Shown here one piece after another: positions 30,403 through 42,800 of a DNA stretch of 64,000 nt. This DNA comes from Vicugna vicugna. Taxonomy: Eukaryota. The stretch covers positions 2,428,128 to 2,492,127 of the forward strand of contig MU060666.1 of NCBI GenBank assembly GCA_013265495.1, written 5' to 3'. The position numbers were made by a program, and so were the translations under genes. Position 1 is the stretch's first letter. Every line of letters begins with the position of its first letter. Below the pieces are notes generated by a model, which did no database searches, had not been told where the DNA came from, and saw only the letters and a program-made list of their open reading frames with translations.

Positions 30403-31813
30403 CCAAGACCCTCCTTTGGACGCCAGGCTCAGGGCCAGCAGAGCTCTGGGGGGAGCCCAGGCACAAACCGCGGCTCCGCCTCCGAAGAGAGCCAACAGCC
30501 TTTGCTGCTGAAAAAAAAAAAGAAAAAGGAAAAAAGTTCCATTTGTCAAAACACAACAGGAACAGTGTCTGAAAGCTCTGAGCCCGAGCTCAGCTCACCT
30601 TCCTAATTTGGAAAATCCGACAGGCACAAACCGAAACCGGACGGAGCCGCCCCTGCAGGTCAGAGGCCCGGGCAGCGGGGAAGCCGGGCGCGGGCTCCCC
30701 CGCCCCCGCTGAGGACCGCACTGGCGCCCAGCCCGGTTCCCAGGGAGGCATCACAGAGATGGAGAAACCTCGTCCGCACCCGCGCCGTCCCGCACCCGCG
30801 CATCTCCCGGCGCCCTCACTCCCGGCTTCCACCTCGAGCTCAGCAGGGAAAAGTAACTGCCTCCCACCAGCCCTGCGATGTCTCAACACGCAGCTCCCGC
30901 ACCAGCCTGGGGGGCGATGGGCGCCAAGCCCCTCCTCTTCACCACCAGCCACTGAGAGAGGGAAACGGGTGTCGGAAGGGCACCCCTGCCAGGGAGGAGA
31001 GGACGTTACTCTAGAGCGGCTCCCACAACCAAAGGAACCCCAGCTCTAATAGGGGAGCCAGCTGCGGGGCCAGCGCGGGAAAGGCTGGGGAACGGGGCTC
31101 CCGTGGAGGGGTGTGGGGTGGAAGGGTGTGCCAGGGTCAGCACCACCCCAGACCTGCTCCTCTCTCCCTCTCCCCACTTTTTTCCTGGGTGCCCACATCC
31201 CCAGCATCACTGCTGTGGGGGTGACTGATGCAATGTAACACGGGAAGCCTCCCAGACAGTCCCTGGAAAGGCAGACAGACAGCGCCCAAGGGGTATTACT
31301 GCCCATCATCCCTTCCTTCCACTTTTCTCCTAGAACAGAAATGCGATGACCGGTGTGCCAGCAACCATCTTGGGCAAGGAGGTCGCCTTGAAATGGAAGC
31401 CTCATGCTGAGAATGGCGGGACAGAAAAACGGAAGCAGCCTCGATGTTTGCTGGGCCAGGGGCCTGGCCTGGCCCGGCCCGTGACGGAGGCCGCAGGGCC
31501 GCAGTCACCACACGGCAGACCTGATGCCTCAGTCCTTTGCGCCCTCTGGACAAGACAAAACTGCCCGACGCTAGAAAGGCAAATAAGCCAGAGCTCCCCA
31601 CTGAAGGAAGCACAAACCACAGGCCCTGGGCTGAGTCACAACGAGAAGGGCGCAGGGCGGGCACGTTTCAGACCCCCCCACCGCCCAGCTCGGCCAGGCG
31701 GGGCCGTTACTGCCACTCATGCGGGCTGAGAGCCCCAAACACTGAAAACCCCCAAAGAACAATGAAGTGGAAAGCACAAGGTCATTTAAGCTGCTTAAAA
31801 ATCAGTGGTAACT

Positions 31814-31950
31814 GGGGAAAGACGCAGCTCAGTGGCAGAGCACATGCCCAGTGTGCACGAGGTCCCGGGTTCAATCCCAGTGCCTTCGTTAAAAACAACA
31901 ACAATAATAATAAATATATAAACCTGATTACCCTGCCCCCCCAAACAAAA
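31814..31950 (+). mobile_element. Camelid Vic-1-type SINE with TSD
   Basis: GGGGAAAGACGCAGCTCAGTGGCAGAGCACATGCCCAGTGTGCACGAGGTCCCGGGTTCAATCCCAGTGCC with A- and B-box-like motifs and an (AAC)(AAT) tail. TSD atcagtggtaa at 31801-31811 and 31952-31962. Confidence 0.9.
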
Positions 31951-34900
31951 CATCAGTGGTAATTGTTTTGAACAACATCTGCTTGGAAGAAAGGACAGGA
32001 GAAAGCAAGCGCCCCCTGAGTTCCTGGCTGTCCACGCTGCACCCGCGGTGACCCCACCGCAGCAAGGAGGAGGCTGTCTAGGGGGGCGCAGGCCGGGTTC
32101 ACGGCACCGGGTGGGGCGGGACAGGCCTGCAGCCCATGTGCTGGGAGCTGTCTCTAGGGCTCTGAGTTTGCTTCTAACCAGCAAGTCATCCAAAGACGCC
32201 CCCTGACAGTGGTCAGCTTGGCACACCCCCCACCAGACCTGATGGTTTTGAGAGGCCAGTGAGGCAGTGATTCAGGCAGCGTGGACCCACAGGCTCTCCT
32301 GCTGCCTCTGTCACTGTGGTGGGGAGCCACCTGACATCCTGCACCAGCTCTGTCCTAAGATGGACCCACTCGGAGGGAACCAGGGCTTAGCCGGAGGACT
32401 TTTCTATTCAGGGTCACGGAGCTGACAAACGGGGCGTTGGGACCCAAACCCAGCACTGCCCCTCGTGTGGGTGGCACAGTCTGGGGTGCCCCAACTGCAC
32501 CCTCTTCACGCAGAGACTGCCGTGTAGAGACCCCGACAGGGAGCCCTGCACATGGGGCTTCTGGACCCAAACTGAAGGGAGAAGGGGAGGCGAGGGGCCA
32601 AGGAACGAAGTCCTGGGCTGAGGGGCCCATGGCCAAGGAGGGACAGCAGTCCCAAGAAGGCCAGTCAAGTCCCATGATATTCCTGCAGGTCATGCCTCTG
32701 TGAGGGGCCCTGGAACCTCCGGCAATGTGCCCGAGGCCGTCTGTGTCCTGGGGAACCCTGGGCCCACCCCGCCAGCACCCTAGCCCCCCTGTACTCAGCA
32801 GGTCACCACCGGGGCTCCAGACGCCCTCCTGCTAAGACCTCAGGGAGAACCTACCCACAGGACACTTCTGTAGCAAAGGCAGCACCGCCAACAAGCATCA
32901 AGGGCTAAAATGAGAATCTGGGAATAGCCTTTGAGCGTTTCCAGCATGGCTGATCCTGGCTGGTCCCTGGAGCAGGGACACTTGGGAAGGACAGAGGAGA
33001 CAGATCACAGCTCCATCTCGTTGGGGTTCATCTTAAGGCAGCCACAGATGTTCACTTAGACACACACCTCCGACCCCCACCTCAGTCAGTGCAGGACACG
33101 CCCAGACCCCGGGCACAGGTCCTAACCCAGGCCACCTCTTCCATGAGGCCCCCGCTGGCCAGGCTCACAGCTGAGCTCACACCCCAGCCCCCACAGGAGA
33201 AAGGGCTACACGGACACTTCAGAAGTCGAATTCTGAAGTGAAAACCATCACAGCTCTCCTGAGCTTCCTCACATTTCACTTCTTCCCCAGCTTTCCTGTG
33301 CTCCTCCACTGAAAACTTAGGGGCACATCCAATCCATCTCTTGCACACCGTCCATGGTGAGCTGCGCTCCTCACAGCTTTTCAAGCTGGTTCCCTTCATC
33401 ACGTCGCACTTCGGTCTCCATCCACAGCAAGGAGACACTGACTGCGCGCCACTGAGACCAACTGTGGGTTGCCCCGCCAAGGCGCCACGGCGGTCTGGGA
33501 GCTGGGAGCAAGTGTTTTTTCCTCTTTTCTAAGGGCTCATTCAGGGAAGACTTAAATATTTAGAGGATTTTTTTGTTTTAATGAAAAAGTAAAGTAACAT
33601 GAAGTTCCATGCAGAAACCCATCAGATCACGGGCTGGCGCGTGCAAGTCTGCCCGCGGGTCAGGACTTCTCAGCACCGAACCTTTCCAGCTTCATCGCCC
33701 GTCAGCGCACAGGGTCGGCATCACCACCTAACCAGGTGTGTTTGCTTATTCACTTATAAACTAGGCTCACGATGCTCTCCACTAACTTGCACCTGATGGA
33801 ACAGGAAGCGGACATTTTAATGGGAGAAGATGGACAATAACCAAGCAAAAGTCTGGCGTCACCTCCTGCACCCGCGGGTTCTGCTCCCGGGTGACTGGGC
33901 AGCCCCGAGGGACAGCACCCCCCCCCCGCCTGCCGCCCTCCACAGGCCAGCGGGACAGACTCCGGGACACCCCGCAACAGGTCCCTGCTCAGCATAACAA
34001 GTGTCTACAGCCCCTGGGAGACAACGCAGACTTCCGAGCCCTGCACGGCAGGCCCCCCGGCCTCCTCCCCCGGCCTGGCCCCGGCCAGCCCCTCCGACCC
34101 CAACGCCCAGCGGGCCGTGTGTCCCCTCCCCCGCTCGCTGTCACAGGCCAGGAGCGGCGAGACGGAGAGACGGGAAAACCGCCTCTGAGCCGTCGGCTGA
34201 AGAGCCCCCCAGGTCAGGGGCTGGAATTCTTCTCACTCTCAAAGTTCAAGAAAATTCTTTATGTGGCTGGATTAACTACTGCGGCTCTGCGGGAAGCAGG
34301 CCCGGCTGCCTCAGGGCACACCACCTCCTCACCGGGGCTGCTGGGGGGGCGACACCCTCGTCACAGGCCACGGAGCCGCAGGGAAATTCTGGTGGGATTT
34401 TCCATCCACTTCAACGGCCACCACAGTGCAGGGCCCCCTAAAGCCCAGGCCCCGTGAGCCCGAGCGCTCTCGACGAAGCGCAGCTGGATCTGGACAGAAG
34501 CCCGCCTCGAGGCAGCACGAGGAGCACTGGAGCTTCCCAGCAGAAAGTGGTTAATTACATGGGAAAGTCTAAAAGCAACAACTGTACCAAGAGGACAAAA
34601 AAGAAGTTCTCGGAGACGCGTGCACCTTCTTGGATAAAAGTGATAAAACTTAACTGGAGGACAAAAAAGACCTTCCTGAACGGGAAGCTACACCCCACAG
34701 TTTATACGACACTTAACAACAGGTTGTTTGATTCTTGAGAAACATTTGCCCGCAGAGGGAGGAAGGGCACTGAACCGGCGGCAGGGACGAGGTGGCCCCA
34801 CGGAGAGTGAGGCTGGTGAGCACAGGTCTCGCTCTGCTGGGGCCGAGAGTCGGCCGCGGACCCACGGTGGAGGCGGGGACCTGCAAACACACCATCCCCA

Positions 34901-35254
34901 CCGAGGGCGAAGGGACACACGGGCCAGCGCAGACGGCAAGCTGCAGGCCTTGCTGCGGAGCCGGGGGCAGCGTGTGCACCCGGCTGCCCTCAGCACCTGC
35001 GGGGGCCACGCGGGAGACAACGGGGTGGATCCTCAGCGCCCACCAGAGTGGTGTCAGGGGAGTGCCAATAAAACACTGGACTTAAGACCCAAAGTCTTCA
35101 AAGATTAAACCCCAAATGTCCAGGTTTTAATTACGAGGAAGATGGCAAACAAAACGAGAAAAGGCATCAACAGACACCCACACAGGACGACGCTGGCGGC
35201 AGGTTTACCTGAAGCAGACACTAAAGCACCCAGCACACAAACTCCGTGTGCAAT

Positions 35255-35705
35255 GACGAGAAACAGAAAATCTCAGTAAAGAAGAGGAGACTTGGGAAGA
35301 AACACAGGGAATCTTAGAACTAAAAATTATAACAACTGAAATAAACACGAAGTGAATAGGCCCAACCAGAGTGAAAACAGCAGAGAAATTAGCATGCGAA
35401 CTTGAAGCCAGAGCAGTAAAAATTACCCAGCCTGAACCACAGAGAGAACAGAGGCAAACAATGACTGGGGTCTCAGGGGCTGCGGGACTGCCGCAGAAGG
35501 GCTGACCCGCACGTCACTCGGGTGCAGGAGAAAAGGAAGTGAGCAGGCGAGGAGACAGCTGAAAATGCCCCACACCTGGCAACAGTAAACCCACAGACTC
35601 AAGAAGGTGAGTGAACCCAAACAGGATAAACCCAAAGAAACCCACACCAACCTTCTGAAAACTGAAGACAAAGAAAATGTCTTAAAAGCAGCCAGAGAGA
35701 AATGA
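35255..35705 (+). mobile_element. Old L1M ORF1 fragment
   Basis: cttagaactaaaaattataacaactgaaataaaa...aaacccacagactcaagaag...aggataaacccaaagaaacccacacc...aaaactgaagacaaagaaaatgtcttaaaagcagccagagagaaa matches the recalled L1M ORF1 consensus. Confidence 0.75.
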
Positions 35706-35734
35706 TGAAATCAGCTACAGAAGGAAACAATTCA

Positions 35735-36865
35735 AAATCAAAAAAAATTTGGGACCTGGGGCTTGAAGAAGAGTTCTTAGACATGACACCAAAAGCACTA
35801 TCTACAAAAGAAAAAAACCCCAACAAACTGGGCTTGGTCAACACAAAATTTCTGTCGTACAAAGAGCCTGCTAGAGGGAAGACAGGCTTCAGGCTGGGGG
35901 AGGTGCGTCAAACCCACCGGGCAAAGGACCGTCCAGGACGTGTAGAAAACTCTCAAAACCCAACAGTGAGAAAACAGGGAATTCAATTAGAAAGTGGCCC
36001 AAAGACATAAACAGACACTTCACTGCAGGGGACACCCAGCTGGCAGAGACGCACACGAGCAGACGTGCGGCACCATCAGCGACTCGGGAAATGTCCAGTG
36101 ACGGCGACACACCCAGGATGACGGCTGAACTAAACAGCAGTGACAGCGCCAAATGCCGGCGTGGACGCGGAGAAGTCGGATCTCTCCTTGCTGGCGGTGC
36201 AGGTGGAAAACGGCACAGCCCTGGGGAGGACGAGCTGGCGGCTTCTTAAACTAACCACTCGCTGACGCTACAGCTCAGCACCTACATGCCTAGGTGTTCA
36301 TCCCAGACGAAGGAAGATTCACGTCTACGCAGCACCTGCCCAGGACCGTGCATGCCTGCAGGAGCCAAGCACTGAGGTCTGCCACTGCGCCCCTCAGTCG
36401 GTGCAGACTCAACATGGAGGTACCGCTCTCTCATAGGTGGACAGGTGTGGAGTGCTGCCCCACAGCCTGGATGGAAGGCACGACGCTGAGTCTAGAAAAC
36501 CCCAAGGTACATACGATTCCGTTTACATAACATCTCAGAATGACAAAACCAGAGAGACCAAGAACAGATTCGTGGTTGCCAGGGGCTTGGCGGGGGGGAG
36601 GTCAGGTGTGACTTCGGGGCCTTCTCCGGGGGAGAAGCTGGGGGGGCAGCCGTGTGTCTTGGTGGAGGTGGCAGTCATGCAGATCTACCCGGTGGTACCA
36701 TGACCCAGAAGCACACACACTCGTCCTACCAGCGCCGGTTTGCCGGCTCTGATCCTGTCCTAGAGTCACGTAAGCTGTAACGAGTGGGGAAAGTGGGGGA
36801 GGTACACAGGCGACCTCTCCAAATGTATTTGCAACTTCTTGCGAATCTCTTGTTATTTCAGAGTA
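35735..36865 (+). mobile_element. L1MB/L1MC-class LINE-1 ORF2 tail and 3' UTR, GC-shifted
   Basis: gagttcttagacatgacaccaaaagcac...aaacagacacttcac...gattccgtttacataacatctcagaatgacaaaacc...agattcgtggttgccagggg...tgtatttgcaacttcttgcgaatctc. Confidence 0.8.
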
Positions 36866-39800
36866 ACACTGCACCGCCGGGCTGGACCCACCGTGGGAAG
36901 CCATGCAAGGACGGGGTCTCACCCGGGCAGCGGCCTGGACTCTAATACATGCAGGGACCCTTTCTCTCAAAACTGAAGTAAGAAAGCTCACAGCAGCTTC
37001 ACCCACACACAACAGTGTTTGTAGACTTTCACCATGAAGAGAAGGTGGAGGTAAAGGTGTGTCATGGTCCACTGCGCTTGCGACGGAAAAAATAACCTGA
37101 CACACCTGAGGCCAGGACTCGGGCACACAGTCATCTCAAGGGCTGCAGGCTTCACGCCCCGCAGGAGTTTCAAGAATTTCACGAGGGAACAGGGACTAAC
37201 TAACACACTGTAACTAAAAACAGACGGGCCTGATAAAACTTCAGAATCAACAGTATGTAGAGATGTGGTTCCAGCACCTGCTTTTACAGGTGAGGAAGTG
37301 AATTCCCAGAGAGACGAAGGGGGCACCAGGCCCAGCGGGTCCGTGAGCCGCACACCTCCCCTCCGCTGCCTGGAGAGGTGCTTCCCCACGAACACCGGAC
37401 ACAAGCACAAACCAACTGTGGGTTTTAACTTTAACTTAAAAAAAAGAAAAATCAAGCAATCTGCTTAAAATAACTCATAAACTGACAACACGGAGATGTC
37501 GCTGCTCCTCACCTTTGTGAGCTGGCCCCGAATTTCCACACCGGAGGTGCTGACGCCCTGGCTCCCAGGCTGCCGGAGGCACACGCACGCTCCCAGACGG
37601 GGCGGGTTCTCGGGCGTAGGCTGCTCTCCCACCTCCCCCGCCACCCAGGAACCAGACAGACCAGGTGACGCCTGTCTACCTGTGTGTTCTGACCGAGAGC
37701 ACAGCCATTGTCACCCGTCCCACCAGGATGCTGGAAGGCCATTGGCAAACGGGCCATGGCTTCCCACGAGCACGGAAGAGAGGCACCCCCTTCTGCGGGC
37801 CTTATTTCTGGCCGCTTACCTACAGATTCCGGACAGTGGGGCCCACACTGAAGTCTGGCAACCCCACTCGGACCAGCCACCGGAAGAACTGCTTTCCCTT
37901 GTCTCGGTTCCCTATGTCTCTCGATCTTCAGAGAACCCGCTGTGGAAGTGACGCTGGCCGGGGAATCACTGTGAGCCGGCCCAGGGCTCCCGACTTGATA
38001 ACACACCCTGCACAGCCACTTGGCGAGATCCGGTGCCTATCAGTCAGTTACAGTAAGAAACAAAGAACGCTCAGTTTCAAGTTTCACAACACCAAAGTGT
38101 TTCGGATGATCCTGTTCATTCGTTCCAAACTTGGCTCTGCTCAAGGCAAAGGCTGACTGTTGATAAACAGACGGCTTCTCGTAGGCTGGGCTCTCTGTCC
38201 TCTGCCTCCAGCCAGAGGAGGCTGAGTCCCAGCCAGTCTGTGGGAAAAGTGCAGCCAGGAGGGGTGGGTGCCCAGACGGAGCCAGCCCTGGGCCACACCT
38301 GGGCCCCACGTCACACGTCCACCTGCTGCTAATGGCTTCACTCTGAGACGCGTTCTGCCGGCAGACTGAAGCCATGAGCCGTGGCCTCTGCTTGAAATGA
38401 AACCCCCAGATGCAAGGGCACAATGCGATCCAGGCCCCCTGGAGCCCTCTCCACCCTGGACGGAGCCAAGAGATCCAGCCGACCAGAAAAGCTCCCTCCA
38501 CACCTGGTGAGGCCTGACTGTCGCTGCTGCACCGAGTCGCGCGTGTGGGGCCGCGCCACACTTTCCCGCATGCACACGGACTCCCCGGAAGTGCACGTGA
38601 GAACGCGATGCCAAGCACGCTCTCTCCGGGCAAACGGCGCGCTTTGTGTGCGACACACCAGAAGCACATCTGCAGGGCAGAGGCTGGGACAAGAGGAAGG
38701 AAGACCCCAGAGCTCTGAACGCAGGTGTGTATCACCTCCTCAGAAAATACTTAAATCAGGATTTGTCAGATGTGCCTTAAAAACGAAACAAAACAAAAAA
38801 GCACCCCTACTTTTAGAGAAGAACGATATGTGGGTCTCATCCAGAAGGGTAGGAGGTAGAGGACACGGTTAGTCTGCAGAGAAGGTCCCGCCGCCTCCTC
38901 GTCCCGCTGCTGCCATGAGGCCCAGGGTCATTCACAAACAGGCCCCTTGAGGGCCACCCCGAGGGGCGGCTGTCAGAGCGCCCGCCTCCGGGACACCGGC
39001 TTCCGGGGCCTCTGAGACGGGGCAGCTGCTGGGCTGCAGGGGCTCCGGGCTCTTTCCGCCCCGGCTCTGCGGTCACCCCGAGCTTGCAGAGTGAGGGCAG
39101 GAGCCTGGCCCCCCCGGCCCCGCGCGGGGCCTGGCACACGCACTGCTGAAACAGGCATAGAAGAGAAGCGTTTCCCACGACTTGAAGCTTACACCCTTAA
39201 TGGCTACAGACAGTTACAAACTTTCTCCGTTGACTGTTTGAAAATGTAAGTAACTAGCAAATAAACAGGGCAGGAAAAGAATTATTTCTTAAGCCACAGA
39301 TTGCCTTGGATAAACTCCCTGGACCACGGTATCTCGTTATGAACCTAGATGTAAAGTTGAGCAATCCAAGGCGGCCAGGGAGTGGGACCTGCCCCTCGGA
39401 AGCACTGCCCATTATCCGCTTTCTTACCATAATTTTAAAATGAAATCTTGTTTGGAGTTCTGTAGACGTCGCAGACCTAAGAGCACGATTTAAAAATAAG
39501 TGTCACCTCTTGCCAACTGGAAATAAACAGAACAGTGAGAAATGGTTCACCCCACCCCCCATCCTCATCAGCCCTACTCTGTCAATAAATCTCGCCCTGG
39601 CTGTTTGAGCAGTGTTTAATCATAAATGGATCCAAATGCACTCAGAGGCATAAACAGAACCAAACATCACCTCTCCACGGGAGGAGCAGGTTAACAAGGC
39701 AAGAGGACAGAAAGCTCCAGCTGTAGAACGAGAAGCCGGGTGGCTGGCATGTTCAAACTGAGTGCAGACAGGACTGTTTTCAAGATTGCAAGAACAGATC

Positions 39801-42800
39801 GAGAATTCACAGAGAGCCACAGCTTGCCTGACACCTGGGAGCATCCCAGGGACGCGGGCAGAACAGACGGGTCTGACGACCTCTCAGAAATGTTTACTCC
39901 TGGACGGTCAGTCGTCCCTCTGACATCAACCTGTCGCGCCGACTGCGGGCAGCTGCTGTTCTGCACTGTAAGGTGAACGGTGCCGTGAGGCCCCAGACAA
40001 GGTCGGCCCCAGTCTTCCGGGGTGGCTCCAGCCCCGGTCAGGGTCATTCAAAACCAGTGCAGTCAATACTACACCCAGACAGACACGGCTCTCGGCCCTG
40101 CCACACCTCCATTGAAAGCAACTGCACTTATGGGTCAGGGACCGAGTGCTGGCGTGAGCCCGTGCAGCCAGCGGCCTGCAGGACTGCAGATGGCTGAGTC
40201 TCACCCGCCCAGTGCCAGTCCCGACCTCGTCCCCGCTCTCCTGGCCCGTCCCGGGCAAGACGGCAAGTAACAAGCACAGACGACCCACCTCAACTATCAG
40301 AGGACCTGCACGCCTGTTCTTGAGCCTGCGGGCCCCCCGCTGCCCACTGCCCCCCCTCTGGGCTCCACCCACCCCACCCCAGACCCCCCTCCAAAAGCAC
40401 ATCTCCATTCCTTCCGTCTGGGGTGAGGTCCACGGGGAGCATCACGTCTTCCTCTACCCAAGCCCCAGTATCCACACTGCTCTTTCCTGTTACAGTGGCT
40501 GCTGGCTGCTCCCTTAAGTCCACCTCTTCTGTGCGGGTACAGAGCTACCCGACATTCCCAGCATCCCATGGGTTCTGTGCACCCCGACACTGGTTCTCAC
40601 CGAGGGAACGTGGGTGGTGGGATACGAACCATCTCAGGGCCAATGCTTGGAGGGAGGCAGTGTGTCTGTCCCTGCTCTGGCCCCCGGGGAGGAGCTTTCC
40701 TCCCTGCATCACCTAGAAGGGAGGGGCTGGCAGCTCTTAATTCCCGTGTTTGAGCCACTGGAGTATTTGTTACCACACCCTGGCTTCCCTGACGGATACA
40801 TCACACGGCAAAGCCCACGAGCACTAAGCATTCACGTCTGCTTCACCAGAGCGGCCCTGCGAGCGGCATGGGGCAGAGGGCAGGAACTCACTGCCCTCAT
40901 GGTTCTGGCAGCACCTGCAGGACGAATGCCAGCACAACACCTCTCACACTGAACTAGAACAAACTGTCTCAGACACAGCATCATGAAGACCCAGCCTGTT
41001 TTAGCGGAGTAAGCTATGCTGACTAAGGGTCAGGAGATGCGGGGGCGGGGCTGGCCCCGGCTCTGCCACCTGTAACTGACTCATCAGCCGAGGCCTCGGG
41101 GCTCCGTGTTCTCCCAGGCACTCCTGAGCTCAGAGACTGGCAGAGGTCCCTGAACTGCGACCCGGCTCCCTACGCCGCAGGGGGGAGGGCAGTGGCCAGC
41201 AAGGTCCATGGGTCCCGCCTGCTCAAGCACAGCTCTACCAACAAGGAGGAGCCACACAGAACAGGAAGAGAAGTGAGGAGGGCAGCACGGCCATAAGGAA
41301 CCAGAGCCACAGACGGGAGACCACGAAAGGGAGAAATTCTAGACGTGGAGCCAGCGTAGTTCCCCGTGGGGGAGGCCAGAGGCTCTGTCTGAGCTCAGCC
41401 TCTATTAAAAGCAGCCTCAGCCGCACAGGCCACGCAGGGCGGGCCTCTCCTGCTGCAGAGCAGCCGGCCTGCCCTTGCGTGCGGCCCTCTCGCCCAGGCA
41501 AGGACCAGACATCCTGCAGGAGCGTCTCTGGGTCCATGGCAAGTTTTTGATTACAGGCGAACAACAGTCATCTTCACAGATTCCCAGCACTGCAGCCCTG
41601 GTCCACATGTGAATGAAAATGCTGATGGACGCAGGGTACCTGAAGCCAGCATGTGGGTCTCGGGAGGAAGCTCACCTTAACCAGGACCTTCTCCGAGGCG
41701 TCCGTCATCTCAGAAGGGAGCAGGTGTCCAGGCTGCTTTATGGATGGGACACTGAGGCCGAGAAGAGACAGGTCACCTCTCCAAAGTCCCTGAGTCACCA
41801 ACACAGCCAAGGGCCGTTTCAGTGCAAGCTCTGACCTAACGCCTCAGATGAGGAAACAGTAAGAACCACACACATCTGCCGCTGAATCGACCTTCCACCA
41901 CCACACGAATTGCCTTAAAAAATCACCTCCTGGGCCCCCTGTTCTGCCCTCGTGCCTCCGAGCAGCACCAACCTGGACGGCGGGAGGGGCTCTCCATGAC
42001 GCTGGCCCCTGCTGTCCCCACCGCAGGTACATGTGGGAGGGGACGTGGCCACGCCAGGCCCTTAGCATCAGGGGTCATGGTCACGCCATGCTACCGCACT
42101 GCTCAAGTGTCGAGGTCAGCGGCGTGACAGGCAACGTGAACTTTATCAGGGAAAGTCAGTTCCCAATTTTACCAAAGTTCAATTCTGAGACCTCCTGCTT
42201 TCGATACCTCACAGATCACACGGGTCGCCACGAAAGCAGCACGTACTCCGGGCGTTGGAGGACCCTGCCCGAGCTGGCCAAGAAACCCGGGAAATATCCG
42301 CCCGGTGGCCAGGGTGCAACGTTGGTGACTGGCCGGCTCGTCAGGTGACCACGGCCCAGCCAGTCTGGCTGCACCGCGTGCCCGCCCGGCCTTGAGTCAC
42401 CAACACACACTACCGAGCACTTGTGAACAGGGGCTGGTCCCACATAGGCCCCGCGGATAAAAGATGATGGAGGTTCTTCAAGAAGACAGGCCTGCGACCT
42501 GCTCAAGGAGGCGCAGGACAGGGCGACGGGATGTGGCCAGAGAACAGAGACACCCCAGCAAAGGCCTCGCCTGACCTGTGAGACGCAGCCGTGGACGGGG
42601 GTGTGCTCAGACCCGGAGGCTGAGTGGGGCCAGGGGCCTGGAGCCAGGGAGCAGGACCGGCACTCGCGGAGGCAGTGCAGGTGATGTGGCCGCCCAGCTC
42701 TCCCAGAGTCGACATGGCACCAGCCTCTTTTCCAGAAGCAGCATTTCACAGCCAGCCTTACCCACTGAACTCCCCGAGAGGGGGGAGCTGGGGACATGCA

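Noticed and set aside
31814-31886. tRNA-like sequences here and at 30330-30402 and 63283-63358
   Set aside because: They have A/B-box-like motifs but also SINE-specific 3' sequence, A-rich tails and TSDs, and no clean cloverleaf; they are SINEs, not tRNA genes.
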